The notes under the pieces are model-generated. The model was not told the DNA's origin. It did no database searches and worked only from the letters and a program-made list of their open reading frames with translations. 64,000 nucleotides of DNA. Source: Sphingomonadales bacterium (GTDB taxonomy: Bacteria; Pseudomonadota; Alphaproteobacteria; Sphingomonadales; Sphingomonadaceae). Each line of letters begins with the position of its first letter. Within the stretch, counting starts at the first letter, position 1. Below, in pieces: positions 8,519 through 19,279 of the stretch. The stretch spans positions 2,269 through 66,268 of the forward strand of contig JAAURJ010000009.1 in NCBI GenBank assembly GCA_012032285.1, in the 5' to 3' direction. A program made the translations under genes and the position numbers.

Positions 8519-9079
8519 TCAGGCCGCCTTGCGCTGTTTATCCAGTTTTTTCAGCACCATTTGCCGTTTCAAACGGCTAAGATGGTCGATGAACAATATG
8601 CCTTCCAAATGATCCATTTCATGTTGGAGGCAGGTTGCCATAAGCCCTTCCATGTCCTCTTCATGGACATTCCCGTCCAGATCCTGCCACCGGGCGCGAA
8701 TGGCGGCGGGGCGGTCAACCTCTGCATATTGATCGGGCACCGACAGGCACCCTTCATTATAACTGGCCATATCCTCTGAGGGGTCAAGGATTTCCGGGTT
8801 TATAAAGATGCGCGGATTGCGGATCACATCATGGTCATGATTACAATGTTCGCCATGTTCATGATCATGGCTGTGCGGAGCCGGTTCCTGAAGGTCGATC
8901 ACCAGCACACGCTTTGGCACGCCCACTTGTATCGCGGCCAGCCCAATGCCCGGCGCATCATACATGGTTTCAAACATATCCTCGACCAGCTTGCGCAGAT
9001 CGGCGTCAAATTCGGTGACCGGCTGCGATATGGTTTTTAATCGCGGGTCGGGCACTTCTAAAATCGGTAAAATAGCCAT
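8519..9079 (-). CDS. def: Peptide deformylase with His-rich insertion
   Basis: [24 protein letters not shown] motifs. Confidence 0.97.
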   Translation of the reverse strand: MAILPILEVPDPRLKTISQPVTEFDADLRKLVEDMFETMYDAPGIGLAAIQVGVPKRVLVIDLQEPAPHSHDHEHGEHCNHDHDVIRNPRIFINPEILDPSEDMASYNEGCLSVPDQYAEVDRPAAIRARWQDLDGNVHEEDMEGLMATCLQHEMDHLEGILFIDHLSRLKRQMVLKKLDKQRKAA

Positions 9080-9136
9080 GCCGGTAATTTAGGATATCTA
9101 TAGGCGCTTTACAACCAAAACAACGCCCGGCAGCGA

Positions 9137-9733
9137 TCACCCCACCGGACGTCTGGCGCGTAAAGCCTGTGCCAGCGTGCCGTCGTCCAGATAATCCAGC
9201 TCTCCGCCCACGGGTACGCCATGGGCAAGCTGAGTCAGGCGTATGGGATAGCTTTCCAACCGTTCAGCCAGATAATGGGCGGTCGTCTGGCCCTCCAGCG
9301 TCGCATTCATAGCCAGCACAACCTCGTCAATGCCGCCTGCCGCAACGCGGGTTACCAGTGTTTCGATATTCAAATCCTCCGGCCGCACCCCGTCGAGCGC
9401 GGATAATTTTCCGCCCAATATATGATAGCTGCCGGGAAAAAGCCGCGATCGTTCCAGCGCCCAAAGGTCGGACACATCCTCAACCACACATAGGGCGCGG
9501 CTATCGCGGCGCGGATCGGCGCAAATGCCGCATGGGCTGATCGTATCAATATTCCCGCAAGTGCCGCAGGTAACCAGCCTTTCGTTAACATTTTCAAGCG
9601 CACGCAGCAGCGGCTGCATCACGCTTTCGCGCTTTTTCATCAAATGCAAAACCACACGCCGCGCCGAACGCGGGCCTAACCCGGGAAGTTTTGATAAAGC
9701 CTGCGCCAATGCGTCTATCTCTTGCGATGCCAT
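9137..9733 (-). CDS. recR: Recombination mediator RecR
   Basis: [10 protein letters not shown]4 zinc finger CGTC...[32 protein letters not shown]. Confidence 0.97.
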   Translation of the reverse strand: MASQEIDALAQALSKLPGLGPRSARRVVLHLMKKRESVMQPLLRALENVNERLVTCGTCGNIDTISPCGICADPRRDSRALCVVEDVSDLWALERSRLFPGSYHILGGKLSALDGVRPEDLNIETLVTRVAAGGIDEVVLAMNATLEGQTTAHYLAERLESYPIRLTQLAHGVPVGGELDYLDDGTLAQALRARRPVG

Positions 9734-9774
9734 GCTTAGGGCTTTAGGGGCCTTTGCGACAAAGGAAAAGAGCT

Positions 9775-10674
9775 ATGCGTATCGCTTTTATGGGGACACC
9801 CGAATTTGCCGTCCCGGCGCTGAATGCCTTGGCGGCGGCGGGGCATGATATTGCGGCTGTTTATTCGCAGCCGCCGCGCCGCGCGGGCCGGGGAAAGAAG
9901 ATGACACCCTCGCCCGTCCACGCCCGTGCAGAAGAGCTGGGGATAGAAGTGCGCACACCGTTTTCGCTCAAGGATGCGCAAGAACAGGCGGCCTTTGCCG
10001 CGCTCAACCTTGATGTTGCTGTTGTCGCAGCTTATGGCCTTATCCTGCCGCAGGCGGTGCTGGATGCGCCAAAGCATGGCTGTATCAACATTCACGGTTC
10101 GCTCCTGCCCCGCTGGCGGGGCGCCGCGCCGGTGCAGCGCGCCATATTGGCCGGGGATAACGAAACCGGTATCTGCATCATGCAGATGGAGGCTGGGCTG
10201 GACACAGGCCCGGTGCTCCTGACCGGGCGGACGGAGATTGCCCGTAAAAATAGCGCCGAGTTGACGGCGGAGCTGGCTGATATGGGGGCCGATTTGATGG
10301 TGCAGGTGCTCAACAATTTGCCGGCTTATCCTGCGGTGGACCAAAACGAAGACGGCGTGACCTATGCTGCCAAAATTGACAAGGCCGAAACGCGCATTGA
10401 TTTTGCACGCGATGCACAGGCCGTAGAGCGCCAAATTCGCGCCTTTTTCCCCGCCGCCTGGTTTGAATATGCAGGCGAGCGTTACCGAATATTAAAAGCC
10501 GAAATTGCGGCAGAGCAAAAGGGCGTTTCTGGGTGTATTTTAGATACCCATTTGACCATTGCCTGCGCATCGGGAGCTATACGGCCGGTTAGCATCCAAC
10601 GGGCGGGAAAACCCGCCATGGCGCTAGGCGATTTTCTGCGCGGGAACCAAATAGCGGCAGGGACGCAGCTTTAA
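9775..10674 (+). CDS. fmt: Methionyl-tRNA formyltransferase
   Basis: [42 protein letters not shown]. Confidence 0.97.
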   Translation: MRIAFMGTPEFAVPALNALAAAGHDIAAVYSQPPRRAGRGKKMTPSPVHARAEELGIEVRTPFSLKDAQEQAAFAALNLDVAVVAAYGLILPQAVLDAPKHGCINIHGSLLPRWRGAAPVQRAILAGDNETGICIMQMEAGLDTGPVLLTGRTEIARKNSAELTAELADMGADLMVQVLNNLPAYPAVDQNEDGVTYAAKIDKAETRIDFARDAQAVERQIRAFFPAAWFEYAGERYRILKAEIAAEQKGVSGCILDTHLTIACASGAIRPVSIQRAGKPAMALGDFLRGNQIAAGTQL

Positions 10675-11420
10675 TGCCGCGCTTTGCCCTTATGATTGAA
10701 TATGATGGCGGCCCTTATGCCGGGTGGCAGCGTCAGGATAATGCCCCCACGGTGCAAGGCGCGATCGAAGCCGCGCTTAAAAAAACCTGCGGCGCGGATA
10801 TTGCCGTTTTTTCCGCCGGACGTACCGATGCCGGGGTTCATGCGGCGGCCATGCGCGGGCATTTTGATCTCGATACCCGCTTAACGGGATTCAGGCTTGC
10901 GGGCGCTCTTAACGCCCATTTGCGCCCCGCCCCGATTGCCATCCGCGCCTGTGAGATTGTCGAGGATCAATGGCATAGCCGTTTCAGTTGTATCGGCCGC
11001 GCTTATGAATACCGCATTGTTAACCGTCGAGCGCCGCTGGCGCTGGAAAAGGGGAAGGCATGGCAAATCCCTTTCCCGCTTGATACAGATGCAATGCATG
11101 AAGCGGCGCAGTTGCTCATTGGCCTGCATGATTTTACCACCTTTCGTTCAACGGAATGCCAATCGGATAGCCCGCTTAAAACGCTGGACCGTTTGGATGT
11201 CCGGCGCGAGGGCGAGCGGGTGATTATAGAAGCAGCCGCAAGGAGCTTTCTGCATCATCAGGTCCGCTCCATGGTCGGATGCCTTGCGCTTGTCGGGCGC
11301 GGCAAATGGAGCGCAGACGATCTGCAAGGCGCGCTCGACGCCCGCGACCGAGCAAAGCTGGGCCATAATGCCCCGCCCGATGGGCTGTATTTTATGAAAG
11401 CGATATATCCCGAAGGATAG
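10674..11420 (+). CDS. truA: tRNA pseudouridine(38-40) synthase TruA
   Basis: EYDG...[36 protein letters not shown]. Confidence 0.97.
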   Translation: MPRFALMIEYDGGPYAGWQRQDNAPTVQGAIEAALKKTCGADIAVFSAGRTDAGVHAAAMRGHFDLDTRLTGFRLAGALNAHLRPAPIAIRACEIVEDQWHSRFSCIGRAYEYRIVNRRAPLALEKGKAWQIPFPLDTDAMHEAAQLLIGLHDFTTFRSTECQSDSPLKTLDRLDVRREGERVIIEAAARSFLHHQVRSMVGCLALVGRGKWSADDLQGALDARDRAKLGHNAPPDGLYFMKAIYPEG

Positions 11421-11425
11421 GCCGC

Positions 11426-13318
11426 TTACCCAAATATCCGCTGCGCCGATTTTTCCAGCATGATGAGCTGCCATAATAACCGTCCATGGTCCACACGGCC
11501 GGCAATATGATCTTCGGCAAATTTACCGATGGCGGCGCTGCTGAACCAGCCAAGGCCGTTTAATGTCCTGCTGCTGCTTAAATCGCGTGCTGCCCCTGCA
11601 AGCGGTCCGCGCAGCCATTGTGATACCGGTGTGACAAAGCCCATTTTGGGGCGGTAGAGTATATCCTTGGGCAGATAGCGCTCCATCGTCTGTTTCATCA
11701 GATATTTGCCCTGCCCCCGGCGCACGCGCATATTTTCAGGCAGCTTTGCGGCAAATTCCATCAACCGGTGGTCGAGCAAAGGCTCCCGCGCCTCCAACCC
11801 TACGGCCATGCTGGTCCGGTCCAGTTTCGTCAATATATCACCGGGCAGCCATAATTTCATATCGGCATATTGTGCGCGGTCGAGGCCGGAACGTGCCGGG
11901 GCATTTTGCATCAAAAGATGCATATGCGCTTCACCCTGATAGCCTTGTAGCTGCGCCTTTGCCTTGTCCGAATAAAGCTGCTCCCTTATCGCGGGGCCGG
12001 TAACACCGACCGCCTCGGCATAGCCTTCCTCTCCTGACCGGGCGAGCGACAGGAGCGTGGTTTTCGCCCTAAAAGGGCGCGGCGCCCAATCGGCCTTTGG
12101 ATAGGCGCGGCCCAGCGGCCCCAATATCGCCGAACGCAGCGATGCAGGGATCATCGCCCGGGCCTTTTCCTCGCCATGGTGAAAGACATGACGGCGATAC
12201 CCCGCCATCGCTTCATCCGCGCCGTCACCCGATAGCGCCACCGTCACCTTTTCCCGCGCCAATTCGCAAACCCTATAAGTGGGCAGCGCACTGGCATCGG
12301 CAAAAGGTTCATCAAAATGAAAGGCAAGCGTGTCGATAAGCCCGAAATCATCGCTTCCCACCATGCGGCTGCGATGGTCGGTCAAAAACCGTTTTGCGAT
12401 GGTTTCGGCATAGCTGCTTTCATCCAGCGCACCGACATCAAAGCCGATGGAGCAGGTTTTAACCGGGCTGCGCGATATTTCCGCCATGAGCGCAACGACG
12501 CTGCTGCTATCCACCCCGCCCGACAGAAACGCGCCCAGCGGCACATCGGCGACCATTCGCGACGCAACCGCCTGCCTCATCAGGCGCAGCAGTTCCTCCT
12601 CCAATTCTTCCTGCGATCCTTTGACCCGGGCGGAAAAATCAATATCCCAATATTGCACAGGCTGCGGCCTTGGTCGTCCCTGTTCCAACAACATGGTGTG
12701 ACCGGCGGGCAGTTTCTTCACCCCGTTGATCAGACTTGTATGATCGGGAACATAGCCAAAGCTTAGATAATCATCGACCGCAGCCAAATCCGCCTCTTTA
12801 CGCAAAGCTGGATGGGCGAGAAGCGCCTTTAGCTCGGAACCAAAAATGATGCTGCCATCGGCAAGTTCGGCATAATGAAGCGGTTTTACACCCAGCCGGT
12901 CCCGCGCCAGGAAAAGCTGTTTTTGTGACCGATCATAAAGGGCAAAGGCAAACATTCCGTGGAAATGGGTGACACACGCCGTGCCCCAATGCCGCCACCC
13001 ATTCAGGATAACTTCGCTATCGCTATCGGTTTGAAATGCATATCCGGCCTGTTCCAATTGCCGCCGCAATTCGCGGAAATTATAGATTTCACCGTTGAAA
13101 ACCAAAACCGCCCTGCCATCGGCTGCGTGCATCGGCTGCGCCCCGCCTTCTAGGTCGATGATCGACAGCCGCCTATGGCCAAGCCCTACGCCAGCGGCGG
13201 TCCAAACGCCCGATCCATCGGGGCCGCGATGGGCAATGGCATCGGTCATCCGGCGCACCCGTTCGGGGTCCACCGGTTTTGCCGTTTCCACATGAAAAAT
13301 ACCCGCAATTCCGCACAT
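11426..13318 (-). CDS. asnB: XrtA/PEP-CTERM system amidotransferase (AsnB-like)
   Basis: MCGIAG N-terminus, HRGPD, FNGEIYN, FLSGGVDSS, LSGDGADE; last gene of the exosortase operon. Confidence 0.92.
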   Translation of the reverse strand: MCGIAGIFHVETAKPVDPERVRRMTDAIAHRGPDGSGVWTAAGVGLGHRRLSIIDLEGGAQPMHAADGRAVLVFNGEIYNFRELRRQLEQAGYAFQTDSDSEVILNGWRHWGTACVTHFHGMFAFALYDRSQKQLFLARDRLGVKPLHYAELADGSIIFGSELKALLAHPALRKEADLAAVDDYLSFGYVPDHTSLINGVKKLPAGHTMLLEQGRPRPQPVQYWDIDFSARVKGSQEELEEELLRLMRQAVASRMVADVPLGAFLSGGVDSSSVVALMAEISRSPVKTCSIGFDVGALDESSYAETIAKRFLTDHRSRMVGSDDFGLIDTLAFHFDEPFADASALPTYRVCELAREKVTVALSGDGADEAMAGYRRHVFHHGEEKARAMIPASLRSAILGPLGRAYPKADWAPRPFRAKTTLLSLARSGEEGYAEAVGVTGPAIREQLYSDKAKAQLQGYQGEAHMHLLMQNAPARSGLDRAQYADMKLWLPGDILTKLDRTSMAVGLEAREPLLDHRLMEFAAKLPENMRVRRGQGKYLMKQTMERYLPKDILYRPKMGFVTPVSQWLRGPLAGAARDLSSSRTLNGLGWFSSAAIGKFAEDHIAGRVDHGRLLWQLIMLEKSAQRIFG

Positions 13319-13327
13319 AGTGGCTGC

Positions 13328-14872
13328 TTAGCGCACCCCCATCATCTGGTCAGCAACTTTATCGATATTTCCCAAATCTTTGGCAAAGCTATTGATCGCA
13401 CCGCGTTGTGACAGTTTGCCTTTATAAGGCGCGGACAGCAATATGGCTGCGGCCTGTTGCTCCCCTCCCAAAAGCCGCGCTTTCATTGTCGCGAGTTTAA
13501 TCCGGCTGCCCGACCCGCTGGTCACCCCGGCCGTGCGGTAATAGCTGACTACATCACGCATCGCCCCGCCCGAACCCATGATCTTTTCCGCTTTTGCGCC
13601 TTTGGGGGCGGTTATATCTTCAACCCAGGACCAGCCACCATCGGGGTCAACCGCGCCCTGACCATAGCCGATAATCTCCCGCCCTTCGCCCTGCCGGTCA
13701 TAAAGCGCAGCGAAAAAATCCACTTCATCACCCGCAGCATTGCGGTATCGGGCATAGACGATATGGCTGGCACCGTCGAAACGCGGGCTCCAATGCAGTC
13801 CGGATTGATGACCAACAATCTGCCAGCCCGCAGGGCGCGGCAGTTTGATATTGCCGGGCAAGGGCGATACCTGCGCCGCGATCGCTGCGGACCAAAGCGC
13901 AGGCGCCGCTATGGCAAATGCCAGCGCCGCCAGCGCCGCCTTCACCGGTGCTGTAAAAGGCACGCCCCCTTGCAAAAGCGCGGGATCAAAGGCGGGCGCA
14001 TCGGGGCTTTTGTCAAAATAACGCCATGCCCCGCCGATTATGACAGCAATAACAATGCCAAAAAATATCCAGCCATAAAATATATGATCAAAACCCGCAG
14101 CGGATTCTATCCCGCGAAATTCGGCGACATAGATGGTGGCAAAGGCCCGCAAGCCATTGGCGATGACCGGCACGATGAAACAGGCCGCCATGAACAGAAT
14201 GCGGCGTTTCCAGCCGGTAAAGCATAAATTGGATATCAGCGCACCCAAGGCAGTCATTGCGATCAGGAATTTGACGCCCGAACAAGCCTCCGCCACGCGG
14301 AACAGCCCGGCGGGTGTGGAGATGAATATCCCCTCAATATGCGCAGGCACCCCGAAAAGCGTGAGCAGGAACATACACATATCCGCCGTCACCATTTGCA
14401 GCGCGGGCACCGCCTCCTCGCCAAAGGGCAAAAGAAACAGCATATAGAATAGAGGAAATAGCAGCCCCCTTGTGACATTGGCGCCAAGCAGCATCGCCGC
14501 CGTGCCCTGAAGCATCATGATCAAGCCCAGTTGCCGGGCCAGCCCCACGCCCGCCGCATCACCCAAAAGCCAGCCAAACGAACCTGCTGCAACATAAATC
14601 AAGGGCGGCCACCATGCCGACGGGCTAAGCTGTGCCAGCTCTTCCTTGCGGATCATTACCAGCCAGATCAGGATTGGCAGGATAAGCAGGCAATGATTGA
14701 AGGTGGAACTGCTCCACCAGATCACCACCATATCCGCAGCATCTTGCCAGAATAACAGCAATATTGCCGTCCAGCACAGGCCGATCAGCGCCAGCGATTG
14801 CCGCCATGCGCTATTGGGCTTGCTGGTCTCCCCGCGAAATACGCCGGACAGGGTCCGTGCAAAGGCGGTCAT
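13328..14872 (-). CDS. xrtA: Exosortase A with C-terminal EpsI-like domain
   Basis: Multi-TM protein with FNHCLLI, LPFG, VAEACSG (catalytic Cys), ANGLR (Arg), DHIFYGW (His). Confidence 0.93.
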   Translation of the reverse strand: MTAFARTLSGVFRGETSKPNSAWRQSLALIGLCWTAILLLFWQDAADMVVIWWSSSTFNHCLLILPILIWLVMIRKEELAQLSPSAWWPPLIYVAAGSFGWLLGDAAGVGLARQLGLIMMLQGTAAMLLGANVTRGLLFPLFYMLFLLPFGEEAVPALQMVTADMCMFLLTLFGVPAHIEGIFISTPAGLFRVAEACSGVKFLIAMTALGALISNLCFTGWKRRILFMAACFIVPVIANGLRAFATIYVAEFRGIESAAGFDHIFYGWIFFGIVIAVIIGGAWRYFDKSPDAPAFDPALLQGGVPFTAPVKAALAALAFAIAAPALWSAAIAAQVSPLPGNIKLPRPAGWQIVGHQSGLHWSPRFDGASHIVYARYRNAAGDEVDFFAALYDRQGEGREIIGYGQGAVDPDGGWSWVEDITAPKGAKAEKIMGSGGAMRDVVSYYRTAGVTSGSGSRIKLATMKARLLGGEQQAAAILLSAPYKGKLSQRGAINSFAKDLGNIDKVADQMMGVR

Positions 14873-16089
14873 TCCGCCGCCTCGGCCAGTGGGTGAATGT
14901 TCATAAGCGCCCTGAGCGGTGCCAGCTGCCCGTCCCAGCCATAATGATCGGTAACGTGCAAACGGGCGCTGATCCCTAGCCGTTTGGCCACTTCCACGTC
15001 ATCCAACAAGGCGCAGACCTTGCTGATTTCCTGTTCGACATTGGCGGCGATATGGAAATGTACGCCGTCCTGTGCCTCTATCCCCTCGGCAGCGGCGGTG
15101 GAGGCGACCACCGGTTTCGCCATTGCCATCGCTTCCAGCACCTTATTCTGTATCCCCCGCGCAATACGAAGCGGCGCGACAACTACATCGGCGGCCATCA
15201 ACCATCCGCGCACATCATCGACCGCGCCGGTGACGACCACGCCGGGCAGTTTCGCCAATGCCTTCACCGCTTCTGTCGGATTGCGGCCGACAATCACAAA
15301 TTTGGCGTCCTTATGATGCTGCAGGATAGCGGGCATGGCGTTTCTGGCGAAATCGTCCACCGCCTCGACATTGGGGCGATAGTCCATTTGCCCGGTGAAC
15401 ATAATCCGCTTTCCCTTTGGCAAACCTTTTACCGGTTTAATATCGGTCAGCGGGTCATAGCTGATCGTATCAATCCCGTTGCCAAGCGGCATCACCCTGT
15501 CTGCACCAAGTCCGCTGCGTTGCCGGAACAGGGCGGCTTCGGCTTCGCTCACAAACAAGCTGGCGTCCGCGCGGGCGGCGATTTCCTTTTCAAATACCGA
15601 TAGCAATCGGCCCTCGCGCTTGTTAATCCAGCGCATAAAGGCTCCGCCCTCGCCTGCATAGCTTTCAAATTTCGCGCTATCGACATCGACAAAATCCATG
15701 ATGATACGGCCGTCAAAATCATCCGGTATATATTGCGCCATTTGCCCGGAAAAAACGAAAATATGGCTGACTGGCCGAGCGGCTATGGTCGTTTTCACCC
15801 AGTCGCGCATCCCCGGTGACGCGAAGCTTTCCAGCGAGACCGGACTGCCGCTGCGCAGCGCCTGAAGCCCTGCCTTCCATTGCGGCTTGATACGCTTTTC
15901 GGTATAAACGGAGGCAAAATTGGGTTCCATTTCAGGAACAAACCCCATGTCGCGGTCATCATCGGCGAAACTGCCCACATGAACCGGCGCCAGGTGCGAT
16001 AGATATTGCAGGATATGATAGGACCGGATTTTATCCCCTCGGTCGGCGGGCCAGGGGATACGGTGCGCCAGAAACAGGATCTCCGCCAT
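14869..16089 (-). CDS. PEP-CTERM/XrtA system GT4 glycosyltransferase (TIGR03087-like)
   Basis: ILFLAHRIPWPADRGDKIRSY, MDFVDVDSAK, FTGQMDYRPN, GIQNKVLEAMAM. Confidence 0.9.
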   Translation of the reverse strand: MAEILFLAHRIPWPADRGDKIRSYHILQYLSHLAPVHVGSFADDDRDMGFVPEMEPNFASVYTEKRIKPQWKAGLQALRSGSPVSLESFASPGMRDWVKTTIAARPVSHIFVFSGQMAQYIPDDFDGRIIMDFVDVDSAKFESYAGEGGAFMRWINKREGRLLSVFEKEIAARADASLFVSEAEAALFRQRSGLGADRVMPLGNGIDTISYDPLTDIKPVKGLPKGKRIMFTGQMDYRPNVEAVDDFARNAMPAILQHHKDAKFVIVGRNPTEAVKALAKLPGVVVTGAVDDVRGWLMAADVVVAPLRIARGIQNKVLEAMAMAKPVVASTAAAEGIEAQDGVHFHIAANVEQEISKVCALLDDVEVAKRLGISARLHVTDHYGWDGQLAPLRALMNIHPLAEAAE

Positions 16090-17171
16090 TATCCAAGCCC
16101 TTTGGCAATCCAGGGACCGATGCGGTTGGCGATTGGTAAAGGCAGACGCTGCCACAGCGCAATCTGCATCTTATATTTGGGGCTGTTGGGGTTCACATCG
16201 CGTGGTTCCTGACCGTCCGCTGTCCGGACCGCATAAGATAGCGGATCGGGATCAAAACCCCAGTTTTTCTTAAAATGATACGCGCCGCTTCCCGTCTTGC
16301 TGCGCCCGAAATCAAAACTGTGACAGCCTTTTTCCCGCGCATGGTTCATAAGCGCATAATACATGACATCATTGGCACGCAGCCGCCGCGCATCCCAAAT
16401 TCCGCCCCCCCAATAGGGCATGACAGTGCCGTTATGATAAAGGCTCAGCACGCTTGCCACCACCCGGTCGCCGTCCAGAACCGTTAATATATCGGCCTCT
16501 TCCCCAAACCCGTCCATCACAGTGTCCATCAACGATTGGGGAAATACCGGCGTGCCCAGATTGCGTACGCTTTCGGCATAGATGGCATAATGGCTGCGCC
16601 GGTCCGCATCATCATTGCCGGTTTTAATGCGCAGGCCGTTGTTTAACCCCTTGCGCACCTCGGCCCTTTGTTTGCGCGGAATGGCGAGTAATTCGGCCTC
16701 CGTATCGCCGGTCAGCGGTCTTGCGAAATTGGCATGGGCATCGTTTTTCACCGTCCATTGTCCGCCCGGCAGCGCCCCGCCGCGCAGTTCGGCCGTTGGG
16801 CAGCTCCTGCATTCGGCAAAGCGCCACGCTGCGGCTGCTAACGCCTTTATGGCAGCGGGATTATCCGACAATATGCCGCCGCCCACGGCAAAGCCCGATG
16901 ATACCAGCGCCCGGCCAAAAAGCGCCGAATGGATAATGTGCAGCGGCAGCAAACCGATAATTTCGCCATGCTGTTCAGCAATCAGGCAATGGGCCTCCTG
17001 CCCCGTGCCCCGCTCAACCGCGTGCAGCCATTTGGGGCGGTGAAAGGGCGAACCCGCCGCCTGCGCCAGCACAAAAGCATCGGCGCGGGCGCATTCATGG
17101 GCATCTTTCAAATCCAGCGCATGGGTTTGTATCGCGGCCTGCTTGCCATGGAAATTTTGCAGGGCGTTCAT
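16089..17171 (-). CDS. FemAB-related XrtA/PEP-CTERM system protein
   Basis: PFHRPKW, RKQRAEVRKG, FDFGRSK, FKKNWGF; coupled to neighbours. Confidence 0.9.
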   Translation of the reverse strand: MNALQNFHGKQAAIQTHALDLKDAHECARADAFVLAQAAGSPFHRPKWLHAVERGTGQEAHCLIAEQHGEIIGLLPLHIIHSALFGRALVSSGFAVGGGILSDNPAAIKALAAAAWRFAECRSCPTAELRGGALPGGQWTVKNDAHANFARPLTGDTEAELLAIPRKQRAEVRKGLNNGLRIKTGNDDADRRSHYAIYAESVRNLGTPVFPQSLMDTVMDGFGEEADILTVLDGDRVVASVLSLYHNGTVMPYWGGGIWDARRLRANDVMYYALMNHAREKGCHSFDFGRSKTGSGAYHFKKNWGFDPDPLSYAVRTADGQEPRDVNPNSPKYKMQIALWQRLPLPIANRIGPWIAKGLG

Positions 17172-18028
17172 GCGGCGGCCTTTTCGGACAGGCGCTGTTG
17201 TTCGCGCATTGCAATTATGTCCAGCCTTTCCCATTCAAACTCCCGCGCCAAACGGGCAAGCTTCCCGGCCATTTTGTCTAGTTTTGTATAATGGCGCAGC
17301 TTTGATTTCACCGGCGCATTGGCAACGCGCGGCTGATCGGGATCTATCTCCCATGGGTGGAAATAGATGATAGCCGGACGGCCAGCCTCCAAATTCACCT
17401 GACGAATGGCCCATCGGGAAAATTGATAGGGCAAAAGCCGGAAAAATCCGCCGCCACCCGCCGCCAGCCTTTTGGGGCCGAGTTGCGCCGTGGTCACCGG
17501 AATTTCCAGGAAATCGGAACCTGCCACAGGATGAAAGGCAAAACGCGGCGCTTCGGCCCAACCATAATGATCATGTTTCACAGGAGCAACGCTGGAGGAA
17601 TAATGATAGCCTTTTTCCGCCAATATCTCATGCGCCCATGGCGTGCGTTTATCGATCGAAAAACTGGGTGCGCGGTATCCAGTGACCGCCATGCCGCTTG
17701 TATCCTCGATAATCTTGCGTGCTTTATCAATATCGTCGGCAAATTCGCCCGGCGTGAAGGTAAAGACCCGGTCATGCGCATAGCCGTGGCTGGCAATTTC
17801 ATGGCCCGCATCCACAATCCGCCGCATCAGCGCAGGGTAGCGCTCTGCCACCCAGCCAAGGGTGAAAAAGGTCGCCTTTACTCCGGCATCATCAAACAGG
17901 GACAACACCGCATCGGTATTGCGTTCGGCGCGGCATTCCAGTCCGTCCCAGTCGCTGCGTTTGATTACCGTTTCAAACGCACCTACCTGAAACCAGTCCT
18001 CGACATCAACGGAAAGCGCGTTTCGCAA
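17168..18028 (-). CDS. XrtA system polysaccharide deacetylase
   Basis: NALSVDVEDWFQV, ATFFTLGWVAER, HEIASHG, GYRAPSFS, YFHPWEID. Confidence 0.92.
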   Translation of the reverse strand: MRNALSVDVEDWFQVGAFETVIKRSDWDGLECRAERNTDAVLSLFDDAGVKATFFTLGWVAERYPALMRRIVDAGHEIASHGYAHDRVFTFTPGEFADDIDKARKIIEDTSGMAVTGYRAPSFSIDKRTPWAHEILAEKGYHYSSSVAPVKHDHYGWAEAPRFAFHPVAGSDFLEIPVTTAQLGPKRLAAGGGGFFRLLPYQFSRWAIRQVNLEAGRPAIIYFHPWEIDPDQPRVANAPVKSKLRHYTKLDKMAGKLARLAREFEWERLDIIAMREQQRLSEKAAA

Positions 18029-18051
18029 CTATTGGTCCTTTCAATGCCTTG

Positions 18052-19245
18052 TTATGCGGCGCGGTTTGCCTGACGCAATTTGCTCTCTAACGAAGTTTCG
18101 CGGTCCATCCAATCAATCATCATAGACAGCACATGGCGCAGCGCATCTTCCTGTTCGGCCACGCGTTTTTCGAGCATATCCAGACGGGCAAGCAATTCTG
18201 GGCTATTTTCCAAAACAGACACGTTAAGATATTCATTTATATCTTCATTGGCCGCTGTAACAGCTTCGACATGAACCGGTTCTTCGTGAATGACGTCGAA
18301 CGCCTCTTCAATCTCTGCTTCAACCTCTTCTGGCATGGCATCGGCCACGGGTTCGGCTGCTACAACCCGTTCCTCGTCTTCTACAGGAGCAACAGGCGGT
18401 GCCTTGGCCGATACCGGTGGATTATATTCAAAGGGTTTGCCTGCCATATCGGCGATAACCGCTTTTACCAAATCGCCATCAATCCGGTGCAATTGTTCCA
18501 CTGCCCCCATCAACATCACCCGGCTCATCAATGTGTTCAACCTGCGCGGAACGCCCTCTGTTTCTGCGTAAAGCGCGGTGAAGGCGTCGCTGCTCAATTG
18601 CGGGTTGCCATTCCATCCGGCTCGGGTCAGGCGGTGAATGATATAAGGTTCAACCTCATCTGCCTCCATGGCATCCAAATGGTGTGTGGCGATAATGCGC
18701 TGCCGCAATTGTTCCAGCTCCGCTGAATTTTGCACCAGATCGCGAAATTCGGGCTGACCCAAAAGGAAAATCTGGAGCAGCGCCTGCGATCCCAGTTGGA
18801 AATTGGACAGCATACGCAGCTCTTCGACGGCATCAATGGTCAAATTCTGCGCCTCATCCACAATCAAAAGGCAGCGGCGACCCGAACGGGCTTCGCCGTG
18901 CAGATAGCTTTCAATCGCTTTCAGCGTTTCAGCCTTGTCCTTGCCATGCGAAGATATGCCAAAGCTTTCGGCGGCCATTTGCACCATGTCCTTACCATCC
19001 AAATGGCTGGTCACAATCGTCGCAGCACTCAGCCGCGATTTATCAATGCTTTGCATCAAATGCGCAACCAGCGTCGATTTACCCGCGCCCACTTCGCCGG
19101 TGATGACAATAAAGCCCTCGCCTTGTGCCAAACCATAACCCAGATAAGACAAAGCCTTGCGGTGGGTTGCGCTTTCAAAATAATATTGTGGATCGGGGGT
19201 CAGCTGAAACGGGCGTCCAGTCAGTCCGTAAAATTGATCGTACAT
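18052..19245 (-). CDS. XrtA/PEP-CTERM system ATPase (ExeA/GspA-like)
   Basis: MYDQFYGLTGRPFQLTPDP, Walker A GEVGAGKS, LLIVDEAQNL, GVPRRLN. Confidence 0.92.
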   Translation of the reverse strand: MYDQFYGLTGRPFQLTPDPQYYFESATHRKALSYLGYGLAQGEGFIVITGEVGAGKSTLVAHLMQSIDKSRLSAATIVTSHLDGKDMVQMAAESFGISSHGKDKAETLKAIESYLHGEARSGRRCLLIVDEAQNLTIDAVEELRMLSNFQLGSQALLQIFLLGQPEFRDLVQNSAELEQLRQRIIATHHLDAMEADEVEPYIIHRLTRAGWNGNPQLSSDAFTALYAETEGVPRRLNTLMSRVMLMGAVEQLHRIDGDLVKAVIADMAGKPFEYNPPVSAKAPPVAPVEDEERVVAAEPVADAMPEEVEAEIEEAFDVIHEEPVHVEAVTAANEDINEYLNVSVLENSPELLARLDMLEKRVAEQEDALRHVLSMMIDWMDRETSLESKLRQANRAA

Positions 19246-19279
19246 ATTGTCTTTCTCCGGTCCAAATTCACGCCCAGCA

